DNA of 64,000 nt from Planctomycetota bacterium (GTDB lineage: Bacteria > Planctomycetota > UBA8108 > JACQVS01): positions 74,274 to 138,273 of the forward strand of contig JACQVS010000106.1 in assembly GCA_016209605.1 (NCBI GenBank), given 5' to 3'. The notes under the pieces are model-generated. The model was not told the DNA's origin. It saw only the letters and a list, made by a program, of their open reading frames with translations, and did not search any database. The position numbers and the translations under genes were made by a program. How positions within the stretch are numbered: the first letter of the stretch is position 1; every line of letters begins with the position of its first letter. Below, piece by piece: positions 29,259 to 38,364 of this stretch.

Positions 29259-32200
29259 TCAGCCCCTTTCTGCCACCTGCCTGGCCGCCCCCAGGAGCTG
29301 GATCTTGACGTCATAGAGCTGGTCCCAGAACGAGTTTTCGTGTTCTGGGCCTTTTTCTGGACCTTTTTCTGGGCCGGTTTTTGGGGCGGAGCTCTCGGAC
29401 TCGTCCTTGACCAGGAATTTCTCCCGGACCAGCCGGGCATCTTCCTGCGCCAGGAGGTTCAGGGCGCTGGCGATTGACTGGCGGCGGTCTCCGGTCAGCC
29501 AGTTGGCCCGGCGATCCGGCGACTGGAACTCCCTGGCGAGAAGCTTCTTCCCGAGGCTGAACTCCCGGAGGGCCTCCTGGGCCCGGCCGAGGTTCTGGAA
29601 GCAGTTTCCCAGCTGGTACTGGATCCAGAGGATCAGCGGCGAATCCGCCAGAAGGGTAGCCGCCTTCTGATATTCTTCCAAGGACCGGGAGAACTGGCTC
29701 AGCTGGAAGGAGGCGTCCGCCTTGGCGAGCCAGGCAGCATGGATCAAGTGCCGCACCTCCTGCTGATCCTCCGGGAACAGGTTCCTCAGGAGGGAGGATT
29801 TTTCCAGCTCGGCGAGCTGCTCGAACCAGCCGCGGGCCTCTTCCCACTGCCTGGCGCGGGAGGCGAGGTTGCCCAGGAGAAAGAGAGCCATGGGCACCCA
29901 TTGGGAAGCCGGCGCCCCTTCCGAAGCCAGGACCAGGCGCTCGAGGATCTCGCGGGCCTCCTTTCGGCGGGAAGGCTCCGGACTGGCGGCCGCGGCCGGC
30001 GGCCGCGCGGCTTCCACCTCCTCCGCCTGGCGGCAAAGCTGGTAGCCGCGGATGAACATGGCGCTTTGCCAGACGGGATGGCGGTTGCCGAAGTGCTCGC
30101 AGAGGAAAATGAGGTTGTTCCTCGCTTCCGCATCCAGCCGGCGTCTTTCCAGATTTTGCAGGATCTCCAGGGCGGTCGGGCCGTTTTTCTCCAGCCATTT
30201 CAGGACCAGGTCTTCATTGATCCCGCCAAGCCGTGCTTGGAGGTGTGAATCCTGATGCCGGAGGAGAGCCACGGCGCCGTCTGCGCTGTCAAGCCGGCCC
30301 TTCAGCTCGCTGGTCAGCTGGCGCTTCTGGAGCATGAATTCTCCCTGGACGTTTTTGGCCCCTTTCTGGCTCTGGCCTTCCAGCTCTTCCTCCCAGGCAT
30401 CGACGGCGTCCTGAAGCCGCTTCTTCAAGCTTTCACCGAGTTCCGGGATCTGGTAGGAGTCCAGGAAAAGTTTTTCGAGGATTTCACGGATGCCGGCCTG
30501 GACAACCGCGTCCCCCTCCGGCAGCATATGTTTCCTGATGAAGTCGGCGGCGGTGAGCGTTTCCCCGAACGGCGCCGAGCTCCGCACTCTTTGCACCTGC
30601 GCGATGGAGCGCCATAAATAGGCTTCGGCCGTCTCGGCCGGGAAGTCCCTCTGGGCGATGCGGATCTCCCAGATCCGGCTGTCCGGCGGTATCTGGCCGC
30701 CATCTCGAGACAATTTTACCGTCAAGATCAGCGCCTTCCGCGGATCATCGCCCGAGACCAGGCGAATCCGGTCTCCTTCGACGACCATGACTTCCGGGCC
30801 GGGATTGCGGTCGCCTGGAGACAGCCAGCGCAGCGTGTGATTTTTGGAATCGAAGAATAGCTGCCCTGTTCCGGTGCGGTTGGCCGGATCGACCACCGGA
30901 TCGAGCTCCAGCCAAGCCGTCAAGTCATCCGGCAGGAGAATCGGGTAATGCGCCCCCAGCGCGAAGGGCCGGTCCAGCTCCTCGGTGGGCAGGTCGACCC
31001 CCCAGTAAATCTGAATCAGGCGGTTGAGCGTTTGAATCCCCTTTTGATACTCCCCCACTTGAACCAGAGCCTTGCCGATGGCCAGGAACAGATCTCTTTC
31101 CGTGGAAGGGATTTTTCCGATATCCAATTCAATGGCTTTCAAAATGCCGACCGGATCGCCGCTTTCCTCAAATGCCGCGACCGCCTCCTTGAGGAGCGAA
31201 ATGTCCTGGGAAGATCGGTTGAAGCTTTCGGTGAAGAGCTCCGCTGCTTGCTGCCAATCGAGGCGAGCGTTCTCGCGCCCTGCATCTTCCTGGATGGCGC
31301 GGGCCCTGTCCCGGTAAACCATGGCCTTCTGGCGGAGGATCTGCGGCCCTTTGGGCTGGCGCTGGATGCGGCCGATCCAGCGGAGGCAATCCAGGGTTTC
31401 TTCATAATTTCCTCGCTGCAAATGATCTTGAAAACTGCGCACCAGATGGTTTTTCAAATCCAGCCAGACGCGCTCGAGGAAGTAGCTGGGGCGATCTTGA
31501 GATTCGAGCTGCCCCAGAATTTCCATGAGCAGCTTGTCATTGTTCTGGAAGGTGGTCCAGGCTGGATCGGGATCCATCAACTGCCCGCCGGCCCGGACGC
31601 CAAATAGCCCGACTCCCGCAGCCACCGCCACCTCCGGATTGAAGTCGGCGCGCCGTTGATAGAGCTTGCGAAACTCCTCCTCGGCGGCCCGGATGTGCTG
31701 CCGGACCTTGGCCTGCCCTTTGGTCATGCGGTCCAGCTCTTGAACCAGGGTGTTGAGGAAGCCGCGGTCGATCTCCTTCGGGATTTTTTCCCGATTGAGC
31801 AGCTTCTGCAGCACCTGCCACGCTTCCAGCATCAAACCGCGGTTCTTGAGCAGAATCGAGCGGAGCAGCTCGACATAAAACTGCTGCGGCTCGTCCTCTA
31901 TGAAAAACTCCATCTGCCGGATGGTTTTTTCCAGTTTGGCCGCTTCCCCCAGCTCCTCATAAATCCTCCCCACGCGAAAAAGCGTGGGGAGGATGGGAGG
32001 CGGCCCCGGCGCCTGGCCCGCGGCCAGGCTTTCGAACCAGCGCCGGTCATCGGCATGCAAGGATCCCGGATGGTCCTTCAAAAACTTCAAGATGGACTGG
32101 TTCAAGATGGAGTGGGCCTCGCGGTCGCTTTTGTCCTTGTCGCCGCGCTCCCCAGAAGGGTTGGCGGAGGCGCTCGGCGGCAGGCGCCGAGCCTCGAGAA

Positions 32201-33368
32201 GCCGGCCCAGCGCCAGGAAAAGCGGTTTTTCCCTCTGGGAGCCGCCGAAATAGTCCCGCAGCACGAGGATGAAGTCTTCTTGAAAATCCAGCTCGAAGTA
32301 ATGCCGGAGAAGCCTCAGCTTGAGGCGGAGGCGGGCCGGCTCGGACTGGATTTTGAACAAATATGCCGGCCGGCCTTGCCGGTAAGCCTGCAAAGCGGCT
32401 TCATGATGGGCGACGGCACGCCAATAAAGCCCCAGCTGCGCCAGGTAACCGGGCACTGATGGCAGTTCCTGGTATTGCTCGGGAACACCGCTTTTCGCCA
32501 GAAACTGGGTCAGCTCTTCAACCGCTTTCTCGGCGTCGCCCTGATGGAGAGAAAAGATCCCCTGGAGGAGAGGGATTTTTCGGTCCGGATCGGTCTTGAG
32601 AAACTGCTGAATTTCCTCGTCGTCATCCGGATTCAATGCCTCCAGCGCGCTGGCATCGGAGGCTTGCGGCGGCACCTTCCTGCCGATCCTCGCCATCAAG
32701 TCTGCCCGCAAAACCACGTACCGTTCTCGGTCAGCGGCCATCTCCCAGTGCTCGCGCACCTTGTTGAACTTGATCTGGCGCAGCGAGTCCAGAGCCTCCG
32801 GAACCTTGCCGGCCAGCTCTTCGAGCTGGGCCCGGTCCCAGAGCAGCAGGCCGATCTGGCTTTTTCCTCTGGCGGAAGCGCCGAAGAACTCCCTCAAGAG
32901 CTTGTCGGCAATCCAGGACTGCTGCTCCGGGGAGCACAAGCTCTGGTCTCTGAGGAGTTCCAAATTCCCTTTTTGAAGGTTGATCAAGCTGCGATGGCGG
33001 AGCGCGGACAAAGATTGAGAGAGGATCTTCCGCACCTCCCAATTGTCGGAGTCGAAGATGGTTTTCCAGAAGGAATAGCCCAAATTGAGGAGGCCTTCAG
33101 CGCCCGCATCGGCAAGGGGCCGCTCCGCGAACTTCTTCGCCAGCGGCTCGATCAGAGCCGTCTGCCCCAGAAGGTCATGCTGCGCGGCCAAGCTTCTAAC
33201 CGCTTTCTCGACCACGATGAAATCGCTGCTCCCCAGATCCTCAAGGATCGCATCGAAGCGCCTCTGCAGCTGCGCCTGAGGATTGCCGCGTTTGACGATG
33301 AGAATAGGAAGCCCGACGGCGGCTCCCACGAGAAGGGCGGCGCCACCGAGCAGGAGCCATTTTTTCAT
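29259..33368 (-). CDS. 1369-aa N-terminally membrane-anchored all-helical (TPR/HEAT-like) repeat protein, function unknown
   Basis: N-terminal TM (MKKWLLLGGAALLVGAAVGLPILIV), then long helical-repeat sequence with many A/L/E/R-rich pairs of helices. 20 nt downstream of the MerR-like gene. Confidence 0.75.
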   Translation of the reverse strand: MKKWLLLGGAALLVGAAVGLPILIVKRGNPQAQLQRRFDAILEDLGSSDFIVVEKAVRSLAAQHDLLGQTALIEPLAKKFAERPLADAGAEGLLNLGYSFWKTIFDSDNWEVRKILSQSLSALRHRSLINLQKGNLELLRDQSLCSPEQQSWIADKLLREFFGASARGKSQIGLLLWDRAQLEELAGKVPEALDSLRQIKFNKVREHWEMAADRERYVVLRADLMARIGRKVPPQASDASALEALNPDDDEEIQQFLKTDPDRKIPLLQGIFSLHQGDAEKAVEELTQFLAKSGVPEQYQELPSVPGYLAQLGLYWRAVAHHEAALQAYRQGRPAYLFKIQSEPARLRLKLRLLRHYFELDFQEDFILVLRDYFGGSQREKPLFLALGRLLEARRLPPSASANPSGERGDKDKSDREAHSILNQSILKFLKDHPGSLHADDRRWFESLAAGQAPGPPPILPTLFRVGRIYEELGEAAKLEKTIRQMEFFIEDEPQQFYVELLRSILLKNRGLMLEAWQVLQKLLNREKIPKEIDRGFLNTLVQELDRMTKGQAKVRQHIRAAEEEFRKLYQRRADFNPEVAVAAGVGLFGVRAGGQLMDPDPAWTTFQNNDKLLMEILGQLESQDRPSYFLERVWLDLKNHLVRSFQDHLQRGNYEETLDCLRWIGRIQRQPKGPQILRQKAMVYRDRARAIQEDAGRENARLDWQQAAELFTESFNRSSQDISLLKEAVAAFEESGDPVGILKAIELDIGKIPSTERDLFLAIGKALVQVGEYQKGIQTLNRLIQIYWGVDLPTEELDRPFALGAHYPILLPDDLTAWLELDPVVDPANRTGTGQLFFDSKNHTLRWLSPGDRNPGPEVMVVEGDRIRLVSGDDPRKALILTVKLSRDGGQIPPDSRIWEIRIAQRDFPAETAEAYLWRSIAQVQRVRSSAPFGETLTAADFIRKHMLPEGDAVVQAGIREILEKLFLDSYQIPELGESLKKRLQDAVDAWEEELEGQSQKGAKNVQGEFMLQKRQLTSELKGRLDSADGAVALLRHQDSHLQARLGGINEDLVLKWLEKNGPTALEILQNLERRRLDAEARNNLIFLCEHFGNRHPVWQSAMFIRGYQLCRQAEEVEAARPPAAAASPEPSRRKEAREILERLVLASEGAPASQWVPMALFLLGNLASRARQWEEARGWFEQLAELEKSSLLRNLFPEDQQEVRHLIHAAWLAKADASFQLSQFSRSLEEYQKAATLLADSPLILWIQYQLGNCFQNLGRAQEALREFSLGKKLLAREFQSPDRRANWLTGDRRQSIASALNLLAQEDARLVREKFLVKDESESSAPKTGPEKGPEKGPEHENSFWDQLYDVKIQLLGAARQVAERG

Positions 33369-33387
33369 TGCCCTGAATCATTCCCGG

Positions 33388-33648
33388 TCATTCGACCGAC
33401 TCGGAGAGCTGGCTTTTCCGGCTGAGGATTTCTCGGATTTCCTTGAGGGTTTTCTTCTTCTTCAAACTTTCTATGCGCCTCAGCCTATCGAAAACTTCTT
33501 CTCCGTACAAGCGATGCCCCGAATCGGTCCGCTCGTCTTCGGTGATGAGTCCAAGCATGGTGTAGTTGTGAATGGTCTGGCGAGAGAGCCCGCTGTAACG
33601 CATCACTTCGCCGATCTTGAATAATTTCTTGGGAACAACCATTTCCAT
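33388..33648 (-). CDS. Small MerR-family HTH protein (86 aa)
   Basis: KLFKIGEVMRYSGLSRQTIHNYTMLGLI...GHRLYGEEVFDRLRRIESLK is a typical MerR N-terminal wing-helix plus a short coiled coil. There is no effector domain. Confidence 0.8.
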   Translation of the reverse strand: MEMVVPKKLFKIGEVMRYSGLSRQTIHNYTMLGLITEDERTDSGHRLYGEEVFDRLRRIESLKKKKTLKEIREILSRKSQLSESVE

Positions 33649-33772
33649 TAAGGCTCCAGTTTGAAAACGAGAATGACAATCTGGACGACGATCAAAATTA
33701 GATATCTGGCTGCCCCGATTGAATCTTTAATGAATTATAAAATATAACTTGTAAAGAGGGAAATTATCAGAA

Positions 33773-34036
33773 TCACGGCACCGGATCGTCGCCGCCGCGG
33801 CAGAGGGGCTGGCACCTCAAGAGGCGCCAGAGGCCGAGCAGCGATCCACGCCAGGCGCCGTGCTTTTTCACCGCCTCGATGAAGTACTCCGAGCAGGTTG
33901 GCCGGAAGCGGCAGTGAAATGGCATCCAGGGAGAGAGTGTCTTCTGATAAAACTTCGCCAGGATGATGAGAAGAAGAGCAGGCAGCCGGCTCGCGAACAG
34001 GATCGAACGCTGCAGCAGGTGCCGGTAACGGTTCAT
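33773..34036 (-). CDS. yidD: Membrane protein insertion efficiency factor YidD
   Basis: I place the start at ATG 34036 (MNRYRHLL...). Conserved [62 protein letters not shown] overlap with rnpA. Confidence 0.9.
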   Translation of the reverse strand: MNRYRHLLQRSILFASRLPALLLIILAKFYQKTLSPWMPFHCRFRPTCSEYFIEAVKKHGAWRGSLLGLWRLLRCQPLCRGGDDPVP

Positions 34037-34464
34037 GGCCTGCTCGCGCCGGAAGCTCTGGCCAGAACGGCCCGGCAATGGCTCAGGAACTGCTGGAACG
34101 CGTGCGCGTAGTCCTGGGAGGATCGGGGCGGGCCGGAAGGCTCTGGAATGATGACCAGATCCAGGGATCTGGGGATTTGCCGCTTGGCCTTCCGGAACAC
34201 TTCCCGGAGCTGGCGCTTGACGCGATTCCGCCGCGGGGCATGGCCCACTTTCCTGCTGACCACGAGCCCCAGGCGGCTGAATCCCTGGCCGTTCTCCAGA
34301 TAGTGGATGCGCAGGGCCGGGCTGCGGAAGCACTTTCCGGAGCGCAGCACTTTTTTGAAGTTCGAGGAACAGAGCAGGCGCTCCAGCCGCCGCAACTTCT
34401 GAGAGCCAGCAAGCGGAGCAGCGCTCGCTTGATTATTGAAGTCAAGCCGAAGGTCTCGAGTCAT
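34033..34464 (-). CDS. rnpA: Ribonuclease P protein component RnpA
   Basis: [25 protein letters not shown]...[28 protein letters not shown] is the RnpA signature including the RNR motif. Followed by yidD. Confidence 0.85.
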   Translation of the reverse strand: MTRDLRLDFNNQASAAPLAGSQKLRRLERLLCSSNFKKVLRSGKCFRSPALRIHYLENGQGFSRLGLVVSRKVGHAPRRNRVKRQLREVFRKAKRQIPRSLDLVIIPEPSGPPRSSQDYAHAFQQFLSHCRAVLARASGASRP

Positions 34465-34475
34465 GTTGAATCATC

Positions 34476-34504
34476 ATTGTAACCGCGCCGGCAGAATTGG
34501 CCAA
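34476..34504 (-). promoter_or_regulatory. Sigma-70-like promoter candidate for rnpA-yidD, near-leaderless
   Basis: The minus strand reads TTGGCC-N17-TACAAT. The -10 ends only about 12 nt before the rnpA ATG at 34464. Confidence 0.25.
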
Positions 34505-34572
34505 GAGAGGACGCCGTTTCACACGAGAAATACTATTTGCTTTCGCCTCTTTCCAGTATACGTTATTTGCCA

Positions 34573-35991
34573 ATGTACCGCTTTCTCATCAGCTTTCGTT
34601 ATGTTCGCAGGCGGATCACGGCATATCTGGCAGTCGCGGCCGTCATGGTCGGCGTGGCTACCCTGCTCACCGTTTTGAGTATTTTCAACGGCTATATCAT
34701 TCGCCTACGCGAAATGATTCGAGAGCAGGAAGCCCATCTACTCATCCGCGGCCCTTCCCCCATGAGCTTGTGCGGTCTCGATGAAATCGAAGCTGCCGTG
34801 AAAAAAATCGGCCACGTCGTGGAAGCCGCGCCGTTTTTAGAGGCGCCGGCGATGTACGGCCGCTTCAAGTACAATCCCTGCTACCTGCGGGGCATCGATC
34901 CGGGCCGAGAACCCAAGGTCACCGGATTGGGGAAATTTACGCTGCGACCGGCGGAGCTGGATGGGATCCTGGCCTCCTTGGATGAAAGCGTAAATCATGA
35001 AGACGCCATCCGCGACCTGCTCGAACGGAGGGACAGGAAGGCCCTCTCGCCCGAGGAGGTCCAGTTTCTTTTTTCTCCCGACTGGCGCCGGGAGATCTTC
35101 GCCAGGGAAAATCCTCCCAACCTGGTCGCCAAGTTCCTCGTTCCTCCACCGGCCGTGGTCGTGGGGAGCGCGCTCTTGACCTCGCGCGAGCTTTCCCTGG
35201 GCGAGCTGGTCAAGATCCTCACCCTCGATCCGCGCACCTCCCAGCCCGCTTATGGAGACTTCCTGGTGACCGGAGCCTTCAAGACCGGCAACTTCGAAGT
35301 CGACTCGAAGATGTTTTTCATTCCGCTCAACCGCATGCAGATCCTGCTCAACACCTTCGACGCCGCTCTCAACGAGGAGTGCTGCGAAGGCCTGCGCATT
35401 GCCCTGGATGACTACCGGCATGCCGAGCCGGTGCGGCGGCAGATCCACCAGGTTTTGTCAGGCTTGCCCGCGATTCTGGGGATACGGGATATCCAGGTCC
35501 GCACCTGGGAAGACGTCCGTAAGAATTTCCTGCAAGCCGTCACCATCGAGAAATGGATCAACGGCTTCGTCGTCTCCCTCCTCAACATCTTCACCGCGTG
35601 CGTCGTCTTGCTGATGCTTGTCCTCATCGTCATTGAAAAAACCCGCGATGCGGGCATCCTCCTCTCCATGGGGGCGACCCCGTGGGGGGTTTTTTCCATT
35701 TTTTTGTGGAGCGGGCTGTTCATTTCCGGGGTGGGAACGGTTTTCGGCCTGGTCTCAGGATCCATCTTCATCGCTTTGATCAATCCCATTCACGAGGGCA
35801 TTTACCATTTGACCGGCTTCAAGCTCTTTGACCCCGAAGTGTACCTCATGGACCGCATCCCGACCGCCATTTCTCCCGGAGACATCGCTTTCACCATCTT
35901 GCCCGCCATCGGCTTTGGCCTCCTGGCCAGCTTGATTCCGGCCCTCTGGGCGTCGCGGAAGGATCCCATCAAATCCATTCAATATGAGTGA
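34573..35991 (+). CDS. LolC/E-family (FtsX/MacB-type) ABC transporter permease
   Basis: I place the start at ATG 34573 (MYRFLISFRYVRRRITAYLAVAAVMVGVATLL). Large periplasmic loop, then three C-terminal TMs with an FtsX-like pattern. 8-nt overlap with the ATPase gene. Confidence 0.85.
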   Translation: MYRFLISFRYVRRRITAYLAVAAVMVGVATLLTVLSIFNGYIIRLREMIREQEAHLLIRGPSPMSLCGLDEIEAAVKKIGHVVEAAPFLEAPAMYGRFKYNPCYLRGIDPGREPKVTGLGKFTLRPAELDGILASLDESVNHEDAIRDLLERRDRKALSPEEVQFLFSPDWRREIFARENPPNLVAKFLVPPPAVVVGSALLTSRELSLGELVKILTLDPRTSQPAYGDFLVTGAFKTGNFEVDSKMFFIPLNRMQILLNTFDAALNEECCEGLRIALDDYRHAEPVRRQIHQVLSGLPAILGIRDIQVRTWEDVRKNFLQAVTIEKWINGFVVSLLNIFTACVVLLMLVLIVIEKTRDAGILLSMGATPWGVFSIFLWSGLFISGVGTVFGLVSGSIFIALINPIHEGIYHLTGFKLFDPEVYLMDRIPTAISPGDIAFTILPAIGFGLLASLIPALWASRKDPIKSIQYE

Positions 35992-36709
35992 CACCGCAAT
36001 CCTGGAAGTTACCAATCTGCACAAGGAGTACCGCATCTTCCATCAGGCGGTTCCCGTCTTGAAAGGCCTCGCCTTGACCATCAAGAGAGGAGAGATCCTC
36101 GCCATTCTCGGCCCGTCCGGAGTCGGCAAAAGCACCCTGCTCAACCTCCTCGGCCTCCTGGACTCCCCCACGCAAGGGAGCATCGCCTATCGAGGGAAGG
36201 ATGAGCAGTTCTACGGCCGGGATCTGGCCGCCTTGACGCTCACCGAAAAAGCGGCCGTCCGCAACCGCCTCTTCGGCTTCGTCTTTCAGTTCTATCATCT
36301 GCTCCCCGATCTCACGGTTCGTGAAAACGTGCTCCTTCCGGCCATGATCCAGTACAGCCGGGGGGAGTTCCACCGGCGCAAGGAGAAGCTGGTGGAGCGG
36401 GCGAGGGACCTGATCGAGAAAGTCGGCCTCCTCGAGCGCCAGGACTTTCCGCCGACCCGGCTGTCCGGAGGAGAGCGCCAGCGCACCGCCATTGCGCGCG
36501 CCCTCTTCAACGAGCCGGAGGTGGTGTACTGCGACGAGCCGACCGGTAACCTGGACTCTCAGACCGGTGAAAAGATCCATCAATTGGTCCTGGAGCTTAA
36601 TCGCCAGACCGGAACGAGCTTCGTGCTGGTGACCCATGACCATGATCTGGCGGCGCTGGCTCACCGGCGACTGCACATGAAGGATGGGAGGTTTGAGGAT
36701 TCATTTTAA
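35984..36709 (+). CDS. LolD-like ABC transporter ATP-binding protein
   Basis: Walker A GPSGVGKSTLLN, Q-loop, signature LSGGERQRTAIARAL, Walker B VVYCDEPTGNLD. Confidence 0.9.
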   Translation: MSDTAILEVTNLHKEYRIFHQAVPVLKGLALTIKRGEILAILGPSGVGKSTLLNLLGLLDSPTQGSIAYRGKDEQFYGRDLAALTLTEKAAVRNRLFGFVFQFYHLLPDLTVRENVLLPAMIQYSRGEFHRRKEKLVERARDLIEKVGLLERQDFPPTRLSGGERQRTAIARALFNEPEVVYCDEPTGNLDSQTGEKIHQLVLELNRQTGTSFVLVTHDHDLAALAHRRLHMKDGRFEDSF

Positions 36710-36715
36710 TTTTTT

Positions 36716-36750
36716 CACTTTTCAGACCGCCAACGGCGGTCTGAAAAGTG
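36716..36750 (+). terminator. Perfect 16-bp stem / 3-nt loop hairpin 7 nt after the lolD-like stop
   Basis: cacttttcagaccgcc (36716-36731), aac, ggcggtctgaaaagtg (36735-36750). It is followed by aaaagg rather than a U-tract, so it is not a canonical intrinsic terminator. Confidence 0.4.
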
Positions 36751-36760
36751 AAAAGGTCAG

Positions 36761-36788
36761 TTGAAAAAATATCAACCTGGAATATCAT
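36761..36788 (+). promoter_or_regulatory. Sigma-70-like promoter candidate for the FHA-GAF-HD-GYP gene
   Basis: TTGAAA (36761-36766), N16, TATCAT (36783-36788), in an A+T-rich spacer about 60 nt upstream of the ATG at 36850. Confidence 0.3.
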
Positions 36789-36849
36789 CATAAATTATAA
36801 ATCAGCTTCTGACTTGCAACTTTAAACATGGCGTTAGCAGAGGTGTTGG

Positions 36850-38361
36850 ATGCCGGTTCTACGAGTCAAATCCGGGACGGACAAAGGAAAGATTTACGAG
36901 ATCGCGGACGACAGCTTTCTCCTGGGGCGCGACCGGAGCGGCGCTGTTCAAATCCTCGATCAGGGGGTTTCCCGCAAGCATGCCGAGATCTTCCGTATTG
37001 GCGAGTTGTTTTTCATCCGCGACCTGGAGAGCCGCAACGGCACCTTCGTCAACTCCGAGAAGGTTTCCGAGGTCGTCCTGCGCTTCGGCGACCAGATCCA
37101 GATCGGCAACTCGGTCCTGGTGTTCGAAGACCGCTTCGCCAGCCTGGAAGACTCCCAGGAGATCCTGCGCGGTGAAGAAAAAGCCCTGGCCGCTCCCCTT
37201 CCCTCCTCGACCTTGAATCTGCGCCCGGCTGACACCTTGATGAAAACTCCCAACACTCCCCCTGAGGACACTCCTGAAAGCCGGCGCCTCTCCGCGCTGC
37301 TGGGGATCTCCCACTTGATCGGCTCGGAAAGGAACCTCTCGAAGATCCTGGCGCAATCCCTGGCTCAACTCGGCAAGGTGGTCGACGCGGACAACGGTTT
37401 CATTTTCAGCATCAAGGGGGGCAAGAACGGCGATTCCGAGTTCAAGCTTCTGGCCCGCTATGACCGCAACGATACGTTCCAAAAAGAACAGGTTTCGCGG
37501 AGCATCATTTCGGACTGTCTGGAGAAAAACCGCGCGGTGCTGACTGCCGATGCCGGCACGGACTCCCGCTACCATGTCATGGCGAGCGTGGTTCTCAAGC
37601 AGATTCGCTCGGTCATTTGCGTTCCCATCACCGGCATGGGGAAGATCATCGGAGTTCTCTACCTCTCCAACTCGCAGCGGGCCGATGCGTTCAAATCGGA
37701 AGACCTGGAGCTGGCCTCGGCCGTGGCGGTCCAGCTGGGGCTCACCATCCAGCTCCTCCAGCTGATCCACCGCTCTGAACTGATCTTCCGCAACTCCATC
37801 CGCACCCTGGTCACGGCCATAGAAATGCGCGATCCCTTCCATAGAGGGCGGGCCGAACGGCTGGCGGCAATGTGCCTCGCCATCGCCAAGGAGCTCAACA
37901 TGAGCACCCACGATTGCCGCAACGCCTGGCTGGCGGGCATGCTCTATGACATCGGCTCCATCCCGCTCTCCGATCGGGACCGCGAGGCGCATTTCACCGT
38001 CGATACGAGGAAAAACCACTACGCCAAAGAACTCTTGAAGGAGATGCCTGGCCTCGATGAGATCCTCCCGGCCATCGTCGAGCAGAAGGAACGCTGGGAC
38101 GGGTCCGGCTCTCCGGAAGGCAAGAAGGGGGACGGCCTCCATCCTCTGGCGCAGATCCTGGGCCTCGCTTATCAGCTGGATGAGCTGCTGCAAAGCGGCG
38201 GCTCTGGCGGCAAGCCCCTCCCCGAAAAAGAAGTGCTGATGAAAATCCTCGAGATGGCCGACAAGCAGTTCAAACGCGACAACGTCAACGCCTTGCTCAT
38301 CGCCTACCGAAAAGGCAAGCTCTTCGCGCCGGAGGCGGCCTTCTTCGAGGTGCCCAATTAA
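36850..38361 (+). CDS. FHA - GAF - degenerate HD-GYP domain signalling protein
   Basis: FHA: FLLGRDRSGAVQILDQGVSRKHAEIFRIGELFFIRDLESRNGTFVN. GAF in the middle (VDADNGFIF...IICVPI..GKIIGVLYLSN). HD-GYP-like C-terminus, but with LYDIGS in place of LHDIGK, EQKERWDGSGSP in place of HHERWDGSGYP, and no second HD. Confidence 0.85.
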   Translation: MPVLRVKSGTDKGKIYEIADDSFLLGRDRSGAVQILDQGVSRKHAEIFRIGELFFIRDLESRNGTFVNSEKVSEVVLRFGDQIQIGNSVLVFEDRFASLEDSQEILRGEEKALAAPLPSSTLNLRPADTLMKTPNTPPEDTPESRRLSALLGISHLIGSERNLSKILAQSLAQLGKVVDADNGFIFSIKGGKNGDSEFKLLARYDRNDTFQKEQVSRSIISDCLEKNRAVLTADAGTDSRYHVMASVVLKQIRSVICVPITGMGKIIGVLYLSNSQRADAFKSEDLELASAVAVQLGLTIQLLQLIHRSELIFRNSIRTLVTAIEMRDPFHRGRAERLAAMCLAIAKELNMSTHDCRNAWLAGMLYDIGSIPLSDRDREAHFTVDTRKNHYAKELLKEMPGLDEILPAIVEQKERWDGSGSPEGKKGDGLHPLAQILGLAYQLDELLQSGGSGGKPLPEKEVLMKILEMADKQFKRDNVNALLIAYRKGKLFAPEAAFFEVPN

Positions 38362-38364
38362 AAA

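Noticed and set aside
34563-34589. Mini-ORF MRKRYIGK-stop on the minus strand upstream of rnpA, superficially like the start of ribosomal protein L34 (MKRTYQP...).
   Set aside because: It is only 8 codons long. The downstream sequence in any frame does not continue as L34. It lies inside the start of the LolC/E-like gene on the other strand. The resemblance is most likely coincidental.
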